Part shown: positions 50,241 to 60,628 of the stretch, piece after piece
Layout of the letters: the number at the start of each line of letters is the position of its first letter
How positions within the stretch are numbered: the stretch's first letter is position 1
From: Fistulifera solaris
Lineage: Eukaryota
Assembly: GCA_030295235.1 (NCBI GenBank)
Contig: AP026123.1
Coordinates: forward strand, 1,054,001 to 1,118,000
DNA: 64,000 nt
Direction of reading: 5' to 3'
The notes under the pieces: generated by a model
Seen by the model: the letters and a program-made list of their open reading frames with translations, nothing else
Told to the model about the DNA's origin: nothing
Database searches by the model: none
Program-made: the position numbers and the translations under genes

Positions 50241-52850
50241 TTAATTCAAAACAGCTCGTTCGGAATCTGCAATTGATTCTAAATAATCCAAAAGTTGCCC
50301 AGACTTGGATCGCTTAGCTTCATCAAAAATAGAATTCCCCCATCTGTCTTTAACGGATAGATCAGCGCCGTGTTCCACCAACAGTTTCGTTGCCACTACA
50401 TTCCCTTCTGAACAAGCAATGTGCAACGCTGTACGATTATCATAATCCCCAGCGTTCACTTGAATCTTTGCCTTTAGTAGTCTTTTTCATCGTGACAATA
50501 TCGCCATTCGATACTACTTGACAAAGCGTGGAAGCTGCTATGTTGTCTTCCATACACAACGATGCTCCATGTTCAATGAGAACTTCTATGACGCCGTCGT
50601 GAGCACCTTTTACGGCTTCGTATAAGGCAGAATTTCCATGTATGTCAACTTTGTTAGGATCCGTCCCCTCATAAGAGAACAGCTTTCTCACGATTCCTGT
50701 GTTCCCTTGGACTGCCGATATCATCAGAGCCGTCCTGTTGTCGTAATCAGCCTCATTAGGATCAAAACCTTGATCGCACATCAACGTGATGACTTTCACG
50801 TCGCCACGGGAGGCAGCAAACAAAAAGCGCGTTGTATGATCATCATTCACTTTTTCCATGTGCATTCGTACCAGATCACGCACCGTTGCCAGTGTACTCT
50901 CTGTCTGAACGGACACAATGGCATGATTTACGTCTCCACAGAGGGAATCATCGCCCTTCCCGGACATGTCGAAAACGGATCCAGCCTGAAGGACGGGCAA
51001 CGATTTTGGCAAATTGACGCGCTGTTCGTAGTCAAGCTGGTTCGCAATGGTCTCGACCTTCGTCAATAGATTCCTCAAGATTTTCATTGCAGTCCCAGGA
51101 TGATCGTCTGAAATCATCTTGTAAGCAGCTCGACTGATTGTTAGCGTTTTCGAAATGACGACGGTACGAATGGTATCGATTTGAGGAGTGCCGGTGAAAA
51201 AGCTTATCTCGTTAATGAAATCGCCAGGTCCGATGCGTGATATTGAGCCTGACCTGCTACGGTGCATTTCACTATCACCGATGCTACTGTGATAGGTAGA
51301 ACCAGTCCTCTTCGTGCCTTCTTCACCATTATTGGCATCATGTAGGTAACTGATCAGCTCAATCTGTCCACCCACCAAGAGATACAAGTCGGTCGCAACG
51401 CTGCCACGCTGAAGAAGCTCCTCTCCTGGTCCAAACATTTCTACCTTACAGGAAGACAAAAACTCATCTAAGAACTGAATCCGCACACCTTCTAGAAGAC
51501 TCGTCTTCATAAGAGATGACATGTACAATTGACGGAGGATCTTTCGACGCATGGAGCTCGGAAAGTGTGACAAGACGACTTCGTCAGCAATACCCTGGTT
51601 GTTGAAATTCAGTTTGAGCTGGGTTTTCAAACGCTTTCTAAGTTCAGGTTTGAAGCTGTTCAACCTGGCATAGTCGTCGACGGCGCTCAGTAACTCTCGA
51701 TAGGCACCCGTCTTTTGATCACCCTTAACAACCAACAAGGTGATGCTACCGATAATCCACGCCATGAACAAGATATTCAAGAACATGTAAACCATGCTGA
51801 ACACTTGCTCCGTTGCGTTCATAGGCGTAATGTCCCCGTATCTTCATCAGCCATTACCGAGGAACAAGAGAGAAAGCGTTAGTTACGACGATGTCAACGA
51901 CGGTGGAGTGATAATACCCGTTCCTTAAATGCTTAAACTTACCCAGTCGTCGTAAAAGTGACGATTGTGTAATACAAAACTAGGATGTATCGCTCAGCGA
52001 TGGTCATGCCGGGTACATCAGGTCCAATCGCTGTCCGATCCGGGTCAAAATCGTACTCCCTCGCAATGAAATACATGACGCACGCCCAAAAGTGCACCCA
52101 AACAAAAGTAAAGAAAAAGTTTCTCAAAAGCGTCAAAAACGAGAGACTGATTTTCGAATTGAATTGCAAGATTTCAAAGAGGAGCTTGAGTCGATGCAAT
52201 GTAATCATGCGGACGAGTCGCACCAAACTGAGATACCGCGAGGTCTTACTGTCAGAACCCATTTCACCAGTGATCGCCAAGAGAACAGCATAGAATGGAA
52301 AGACACCTAGAATATCCTTCCAGAACTTGGTGCGAATGTAGTGCTTGGCAATTCCTCGGCGATCGTAAATGAGTTCCTCACGTTGATTGTAATAGGCCAG
52401 ATTGAAGTTGACAACGATATCAATGGTGTATATAGCCATAATGGCGCACTCCACGGCCGCTGAACCATCGTTGTACGGAGCCAGACCCGGTTCCGCAAAT
52501 GCGACCATGAAAGTTTCGAAAAGAGAGTGAACACAGCAGCAAGCACCGTGAAACTCCAGAAGATCTTGTATTTGCGTGTCCAAGGAAAGACGATATAAGG
52601 GTGCGCCGCCGCCACATGCATGTCACGAACGGTTTCCCACTCCGCCACCAAACATGGCGGCTTTCGTGGAGTGACGTGATCTGACTTTTTCTTGGGGTTG
52701 TTGGAGTTCTTCCTCCTCCTCATCGTCATCTTCGTCAAGCTTGGACAAGTTGCGTGTACTCTCACGAAACTGAACCGTCTTCACAGGGTTGGCTAGATTG
52801 CTGAATGAGATTTCCGAGGCCAGCTGTCTTTTCTCCATGTTTTTCCTCAT
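50241..52850 (-). CDS. AKT/Shaker-like K+ channel with cyclic-nucleotide-binding domain and ankyrin repeats; intron 51842-51942; frameshifts near 52686, 52520, 50485
   Basis: Selectivity filter TTTG|YGD split by the intron; S4-like RLVRMITLHRL; cNMP domain LYLLVGGQ..GDFINEISFF; ankyrin DYDNRTAL repeats. Confidence 0.9.
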
Positions 52851-53387
52851 CAATCTTCAATAAGAGTCGAACTGAAGTAAATGCAATGGAGAAGAGAATA
52901 AGGAAGGAAGGATCGATGTAAATGATGTAAGAAAATAAAAACTTCTGAGGAAACGACGGCATCTTGAAAGACAAATTTCTGGATCTCCCCCTGTTTCAGT
53001 ACCGGACCGATACCAGTATGGCTATCAGTCTAAGTGTAGATTACTTTTTTCACGACTGGATTTCAGTCATCGAAGATACTGTACGAAAATAAAAAATGAG
53101 CGTCGACGACTATTATTTTAGATTTTAGACTACTTGCATATTATCAACCTAGACCTTTGTTGATTGCTATTTAAAGGACAGCTTTTACTCGTGATCAATG
53201 ACAAAGTCGACGAAAGTAGCGTTGTTACATAGACAGAAACAGTTCGTTCCCCTGACATCCGAGAACTACTCGCTCAGATTATTTCTTCCGAGTCATCAGC
53301 ATCGTCCTGCAAAACTAACTCTACCAAACGATCTGTGATCGACATATCAATCAATTGAGCCAGTCTCCTTGCGTTATTCCATATCAT

Positions 53388-53968
53388 ATGCCTACTTTTT
53401 GAACACGAGATAAGAACAAGCCAGGCACTCACCAATACAAATCGGAGACGTCAACTACTCTGGGGATTCATTACCGCTGCTCCGCTTGCCGCGTCCCCAG
53501 CACATGCCGTTTGCACCTGGGGCGAAATTTCGGAAGATTGCATCGGCGTGTACAAAATGCCAGCCAGCAGCGCCCCTGCTTCAATGGATGTTGCCGCCGC
53601 CCGGTCTAGTCTAATCGAACAGCGGCAACGAATCGATACCGTAAAAAAGCAGCATAGTGTCGGGCAATCTTGTGCAAGGAGGACTGGAGCTGCTGAAAGT
53701 GGTACCGAAAATCAACAAGGCAGGCAAATCGCTTATTCCTCTGGACATGGGCGGAAGTTCGGCAGTGTCCGGGTTAATCATCCAGCGCATGGAAGCGCAA
53801 TTAGAAGAAATCAACGGTTTGTTAGGTCAAGCGGATGTATCAATCGGGCAAGGAATGCGCGGGGAAATGGGTTTTGTCACGATGGCTCAGTTGACGATTA
53901 TTCGAGATTTACAAGATGCTCAGAATCTGCTAGACGATTTTTTGGCACTTGCTTCAAAACAAAAATGA
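53388..53968 (+). CDS. Probable small plastid/thylakoid-lumen protein, frameshifted; start uncertain
   Basis: RRQLLWGFITAAPLAASPAHA twin-arginine-like signal followed by CTWGEISEDCIGVYK; helical C-terminus in ORF 53657-53968. Confidence 0.45.
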
Positions 53969-54127
53969 AGTGACTACGAGCTAAATCAATTACTGAAACA
54001 CGTTCGCTACTGGATATTCACGCAGGCTTTCCAGCCCCGCACGGTGTGATTGGTCATGTCGTCCCCTTGTGAGTTGAAACACATCATTCGATAGCCGCAA
54101 CACAATAATTTACTATCATTTCTTCAA

Positions 54128-54992
54128 TCACTCTAGCTCTTCATTCAACTTCGACTCCAGTGAAATGATCTTTTTCTTCTTCGATTCTTCTTGATCCATC
54201 TTGCTTAAAGCTAGCTGCATTTCTCTATCGCTTGCCAACTTGTCGCGCAATACGGCATTATCTCTAGAACGCGTAAGACCTTCCTTGATATTATCCACGT
54301 TCCGTGAAAACTCATCCGTCCCCAGAAGGCTCCCCTCGCGGTCTGGATCCCAGCTTGTCGACATGACCGAATACGTAATGCCCTTTATAGAGGAGGCACA
54401 AGGATTAGTGTTAACAGGAATAACAGTAAACAAAAGCTATCCATTTTTCGTCACGCACATGCTCTCAACTTACCAACAAGCCTAGCACTAAAATGAGAAT
54501 TGTTGACGCTGCTACAAGCGATGGCTCAAATGACATGTCCCGGTACGTCGCCATGTACCAAAATCCGACGAATGCACCCATACTGAGGAAGAGGGGAATT
54601 CCCACAAACGGAATCATTCGCTGTCCCATCCGCTGAGCCACCTTTTCTGGAATAGCCGCCGCTGCTTGCTGTACTTGCTTGTCTTGTTGTAAGACTTCAC
54701 GAGCTCGTTGCAGCTCGGCATTTTTCTGCTCCGCTCGTTCTCGGCGAATTTTCTCTAGCGCCCTTTGACCAGCATTCATTGCGGGGGCTGCGGGTTCTTC
54801 CACCATGGGTTGGGTAATTGGTGATGGTGTCTCTATTTGAAGGTTTTTCTCCCTTGTTTGCTTCGATTTCTTCTCTCCGGTGTTGCCAAAGCCTTTCGCA
54901 GCGTTACAGAGAGTAGACGGCGTGGGAAGAGGAGACGGAGAAAGAAAAGAGTCGACCGTCACAATTAAGACTGTAACCGCCAAAATCCTCAT
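54128..54992 (-). CDS. PAM68-like (DUF3464) photosystem II assembly factor; intron 54383-54473
   Basis: AAKGFG, IPEKVAQRMGQRMIPFVGIP, two TM helices, GITYSVMSTSWDPDREGSLLG. Confidence 0.85.
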
Positions 54993-55856
54993 TTTGGTTG
55001 ACTTTCCCTGTTTGGTACGATATCACTGAAACGCAAAGCTGCTTTTGCTCTAGCTTCACGAAGCCGATGTCATTTAAGATAATGATGTCAGGGTTTGCCT
55101 CCCAATAGATTTACTTATTCACCTTGCAGCGAACCTGAAAGCCGTCAAAAGACGAAGTTCAACGTCCAAAACCGCGCTGGTACTCCGGTACCGGTACCGG
55201 TAGTGAGAAGAGCAGATGATGACAGACGAAAACAAAAACGTGAAGCATCCCCATCCCTATCCCAAGGTTCTACTGTACTGGTTATCTTCTTACCGGTAAG
55301 TAACTGGTAAGAAGTGGTGACGGTTGGCGTTCGTCCCACTACCAGTGCTGTACAGTTCTTACTATACTGTCATTTTCAAATTTCTCCGCCTACCCCGCGC
55401 TACACAATCTACGATGTACTATGTGCCGAGAGCTGGTAGATATATAGAGATCCGTTTTACTTTGTATTTGACTGTAGAGTTTTATTGTAGATTATTCTTT
55501 TAAATAGTTTGTTAGTATCGTATTTAAAATAGGTCTTTACCGGACATTGGACGGAGTTGCTTGTTCAATTGGCACAACGGAAAATTACTTAAAATGAGCT
55601 TCTCTAAATAACCTTACCAAATTTTCGATACGGTTTTAAATCCAAGATTCTACTTACAAATTTAGCCACGTGGTTGCATCGGATCGATTTTTTGCTCTCT
55701 TTTTAGGTCTCTTCAGACTTCAGAGTCATTGTCATTGATCTCTCGTGGTTCGAGGTTGTCTCGCAATACAATTTGCTAAAGGTATGTTCATGTTTCCCTT
55801 CTTGGTGTCATCAGCTTAGCAATTTTTTGCTTACACTCGATTGCTTCTACCTTTAG

Positions 55857-56921
55857 ATGAAGTACACAGCCCTCAAAACCGCTGCTCTTTCGCTGGTCGT
55901 CTGCGCCATCATCGGAGGATCCCTCCATGCAGCTGGAAAGTTTCACACCGCCCCGGACAGCCTCGCTAATGAAGCTTCTTTCGTTGAGCGTGACTTGAGC
56001 CGTGTTGCCGATCGCGTTCGTCACAATCGCCACAACCGTCACAATCGTCATGACCGCGATCACGGACACGATGATGAAGAGCCCGTTGTTAGCTCCGGAA
56101 AGGGAAAGAAGAGCGGCAAGGGAAAGCGAAGCCTCGAGGAAGAGGAACGTGACTTGAGTCGTGTTGCCGATCGCGTTCGTCACAATCGCCACAACCGTCA
56201 CAATCGTCATGATCGTGATCACGGACACGATGATGAAGAGCCCGTTGTTAGCTCCGGAAAGGGAAAGAAGAGCGGCAAGGGAAAGCGAAGCCTCGAGGAA
56301 GAGGAACGTGACTTGAGTCGTGTTGCCGATCGCGTTCGTCACAATCGCCACAACCGTCACAATCGTCATGATCGTGATCACGGACACGACGACGAAGAGC
56401 CCGTTGTTAGCTCCGGAAAGGGAAAGAAGAGCGGCAAGGGAAAGCGAAGCCTCGAAGAAAAGGATCGTGATTTGAGCCGTGTTGCCGATCGCGTTCGTCA
56501 CAATCGCCACAACCGTCACAATCGTCATGATCGTGATCACGGACACGACGATGAAGAGCCCGTTGTGAGCTCCGGAAAGGGAAAGAAGAGCGGCAAGGGA
56601 AAGCGAAGCCTCGAAGAACAGGATCGTGATTTGAGCCGTGTTGCCGATCGCGTTCGTCACAATCGCCACAACCGTCACAATCGTCATGATCGTGGTCACG
56701 GACACGATGACGAGGAGCCCGTTGTGAGCTCCGGAAAGGGAAAGAAGAGCGGCAAGGGAAAGCGAAGCCTCGAAGAACAGGATCGTGATTTGAGCCGTGT
56801 TGCCGATCGCGTTCGTCACAATCGACACAATCGTCATGACCGCGATCACGGACACGACGACGAAGAGCCCGTTGTTAGCTCCGGAAAGGGAAAGAAGAGC
56901 GGCAAGGGCAAAAGAGACTAG
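55857..56921 (+). CDS. Secreted repeat polyprotein 1 (silaffin-like RXL/KXXK precursor), 6 units of 53 aa (159 bp)
   Basis: Signal peptide MKYTALKTAALSLVVCAIIGGSLHA; unit RDL-SRVADRVR(HNR)3HDRDHGHDDEEPVVSSGKGKKSGKGK-RSL-EEEE. Confidence 0.85.
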   Translation: MKYTALKTAALSLVVCAIIGGSLHAAGKFHTAPDSLANEASFVERDLSRVADRVRHNRHNRHNRHDRDHGHDDEEPVVSSGKGKKSGKGKRSLEEEERDLSRVADRVRHNRHNRHNRHDRDHGHDDEEPVVSSGKGKKSGKGKRSLEEEERDLSRVADRVRHNRHNRHNRHDRDHGHDDEEPVVSSGKGKKSGKGKRSLEEKDRDLSRVADRVRHNRHNRHNRHDRDHGHDDEEPVVSSGKGKKSGKGKRSLEEQDRDLSRVADRVRHNRHNRHNRHDRGHGHDDEEPVVSSGKGKKSGKGKRSLEEQDRDLSRVADRVRHNRHNRHDRDHGHDDEEPVVSSGKGKKSGKGKRD

Positions 56922-57564
56922 TGTTATATCTGTGGCGCGTTTGCATTAGGCACTATGAATAGATAACTATTCATAATGATACATTCTGATTTGATGTTCT
57001 TATTTTTGGCGCCATTGAAAACATTCATAGATGGTTATATTGAGTCTTGTTGAAATAGAGATTGCTCGAACTACCAGGTAGATAAATCGGAGTATTTGGA
57101 CCAGAATCTGCCTGTCGTATTATTGCTTGTTGTTGATGTTAAGGACGTATATACGTCCTTAGTTGATGTAAGACCGCAAAAATTGATTTTTGGTTGTTTT
57201 AGTTGGTCTCTAGTAAACTTAACACACGTCTTACTCTTTAAGTCTAATGGCTCCACTGCTCCCGGATAGAAGGGGCTCCCTAGCTAGGGAGTCCGGAGTT
57301 CGTCAAACCATCACCTAGCACCTAGCCGTATTTTTTCCAGCCATCACAATCACGCGTCCAGATCGAGGGTCAAATAGGTCAACGTCAAATTGCATGTCAT
57401 CGGCAAACAAGTCAGTCATCAGCCGTCAGTCAATCGTCATTCAGCATTTCCGCTTTCATGCCGCTTTTTTTGTTTTTGTTTTGGTTTCTTGTGTTCGCGA
57501 ACCGCGAACTCGTAGGTTCTAGGTTCTAGGTCTCTAGTCTCTAGACTCTAGAGGGTCTAGCTAG

Positions 57565-57840
57565 TATAGTTCGACACACTCTAAAATACTCCGTAACAAA
57601 TACTCGAGTAACGAATATCGATATTTGTGTTATAATAGCGTATTATATTAGGACCATTTTCGGCAATATCGAAATTTATCGATATTCGTACGCCTGACAG
57701 ACGGATTTGAGGCTTTTTACGGTAAAATTAATGTAATTTGCGGACGAAAACATACGGTTGCGAGTATTAATATCGGTTATTATATCGTATTATACGATAT
57801 TGATATTCGTTAGAATATCGATATTATTTGTCGAACTATA
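57565..57840. mobile_element. Small hAT-like MITE
   Basis: Perfect inverted ends TATAGTTCGACA/TGTCGAACTATA flanked on both sides by CTAGCTAG (8 bp); AT-rich interior with repeated ATATCG. Confidence 0.7.
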
Positions 57841-58535
57841 CTAGCTAGTAGCTAGTGTCTAGTCTACTGTACAGCCTAACTGTACACAACTACACAACAC
57901 ACAACTACCAGTACTACTACTTCAACTTTCAGCCCAGAGAAGATTGAAGGTGACCAGTGACCACAGTCAATCGACATTCGGCACTCGGCACTCTAGGTTT
58001 TCGAGTAGAGTTGTACGTCATAGTCATAGTCACGGGTCACGGTCATGCGTCATGCGTCATGCATCATCAACATCCTCTCGGAATTCAGAAACAGAAACCG
58101 AATCTTGAATCAGTCTTACACTAAAACGCAGTGTGTCTGAATTCTGAATAAAATTGGGGTAGACTGCGACAAATTGAGTGGAGTATTAACATTCTAACGG
58201 AAATTTATGCATGTGGCAACATAATTGTTCATCGTGTGTGTCGTGTTTTGAAAGTCAATTGGGAATTTTTACACAATATTGGCAGGTTTGCTGCCTAACG
58301 GTTCGAATTATTGGCGTATCGATGATTCGTGCACATTTTGCTGTTCAACACAATCTTCTCGTTTGCAATCGTTTGCTCACAATTCACAATTTTTCGATCA
58401 GATACGAAGAAGGTCTATCACCGCAACTTTCTCATTCCATTGAAAGAATCGGAGGTAGGTAATCGAATCAGTGCTAAATGTTCATGGGATATCTTTCCTA
58501 ACAATGCAATGTCCTCTTTTCTACTTATATGAAAG

Positions 58536-60012
58536 ATGAAATACATTGCTACAAAAACTGCTGTTGGGTCGCTTGTGCTGCTGGCTATCATTGGTGGATC
58601 TATCCGCGCAAGTAACAGGTTCAGTTTGTCTTCACCACAAAAAAGTAAGCGATAAGTCAGGTCGTACACTTAGCCGCCTTGGAAGTCGCTTTCACAATCG
58701 TCATCACGGACACCACGATGAAGAGCCGGAGGTTAGTTCGGGCAAGGGCAAGAAGAGCGGAAAGGCCGGAAAGGGAAAGCGCAGTCTTGAGGAAGAGGAC
58801 CGCGATCTAGGCCGCCTGAAGGACTTTATGCACCGCGACCATGGTGACCACGGCGATCACGGACACCACGACGAAGAGCCGGAGGTCAGTTCGGGCAAGG
58901 GCAAGAAGAGCGGAAAGGCCGGAAAGGGAAAGCGCAGTCTTGAGGAAGAGGACCGCGATCTAGGCCGTCTCAAGGACTTTATGCACCGCGACCATGGTGA
59001 CCACGGCGATCACGGACACCACGACGAAGAGCCGGAGGTCAGCTCGGGCAAGGGCAAGAAGAGCGGAAAGGCCGGAAAGGGAAAGCGCAGTCTTGAGGAA
59101 GAGGACCGCGATCTAGGCCGTCTGAAGGACTTTATGCACAGCGACCATGGTGACCACGGCGATCACGGACACCACGACGAAGAGCCGGAGGTCAGTTCGG
59201 GCAAGGGCAAGAAGAGCGGAAAGGCCGGAAAGGGAAAGCGCAGTCTTGAGGAAGAGGACCGCGATCTAGGCCGTCTCAAGGACTTTATGCACCGCGACCA
59301 TGGTGACCACGGCGATCACGGACACCACGACGAAGAGCCGGAGGTCAGCTCGGGCAAGGGCAAGAAGAGCGGAAAGGCCGGAAAGGGAAAGCGCAGTCTT
59401 GAGGAAGAGGACCGCGATCTAGGCCGTCTGAAGGACTTTATGCACCGCGACCATGGTGACCACGGCGATCACGGACACCACGACGAAGAGCCGGAGGTCA
59501 GTTCGGGCAAGGGCAAGAAGAGCGGAAAGGCCGGAAAGGGAAAGCGCAGTCTTGAGGAAGAGGACCGCGATCTAGGCCGTCTCAAGGACTTTATGCACCG
59601 CGACCATGGTGACCACGGCGATCACGGACACCACGATGAGGAGCCGGAGGTCAGTTCGGGCAAGGGCAAGAAGAGCGGAAAGGCCGGAAAGGGAAAGCGC
59701 AGTCTTGAGGAAGAGGACCGCGATCTAGGCCGTCTGAAGGACTTTATGCACCGCGACCATGGTGACCACGGCGATCACGGACACCACGATGAGGAGCCGG
59801 AGGTTAGCTCGGGCAAGGGCAAGAAGAGCGGAAAGGCCGGAAAGGGAAAGCGCAGTCTTGAGGAAGAGGACCGCGATCTAGGCCGTCTGAAGGACTTTAT
59901 GCACCGCGACCATGGTGACCACGGCGATCACGGACACCACGACGAAGAGCCGGAGGTCAGTTCGGGCAAGGGCAAGAAGAGCGGAAAGGCTGGAAAGGGC
60001 AAAAGAGACTAA
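58536..60012 (+). CDS. Secreted repeat polyprotein 2 (paralog), 1 variant unit plus 8 units of 51 aa (153 bp); frameshift in A-run near 58640
   Basis: ATG 58536 gives MKYIATKTAVGSLVLLAIIGGSIRA, homologous to gene 1; unit RDL-GRLKDFMHRDHGDHGDHGHHDEEPEVSSGKGKKSGKAGKGK-RSL-EEED. Confidence 0.85.
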
Positions 60013-60628
60013 GATGACTAGACCAGCGACTTGCTAGAGTGACGATCACTTGCATAACAATGGCAGTGCGATTACGGTACCTTGTCCATCAGTTGAGATA
60101 CATCTCATCCCACAATAGTAATGATAATAAATGTTTTACGTGCTTCATTATACTGTGTGCTTCAAAATCCTGCTTTTTGATTAGTTAACACATGGCTTTC
60201 ACGGTTTTGGTGGAGGCACTGCAACACTTTTATTGCAACCTTCAATAAACCCCAATAGCGATTCCTCTTACTATTTGCACTCTATGATATGAATTGCCTT
60301 TCAAGTAATAAGAACCTGTTCTTTGTTTTGCCATTTACCGCAAGCACTTGGAGATGGAGCCACAAGCTATGCAAGAACAATAACGTAGTAAAATACTAGG
60401 TTCCTTTTAAAACCGGTACGATGACGGACAATACAGGGATGAGTACGAAATTAACCGTTCTGGCGATTGCGTCATTTTGTCGTGCTGAAAACAGTCGTTG
60501 AAAATATGAACTCAACAACATAAACAACCATGGGCTTCGGTCATTGAAATAGGAAAGCGAGTCCTTTCAGAAAGCTGATTATATCCATTCTTTCTCTGAG
60601 AACTGATTTTTGCTGACAATTGGAGATC

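Noticed and set aside
55788..56855. 355 aa hydrophobic repeat ORF on the minus strand
   Set aside because: Antisense shadow of precursor 1; the plus strand has the signal peptide, the paralog and synonymous-biased variation
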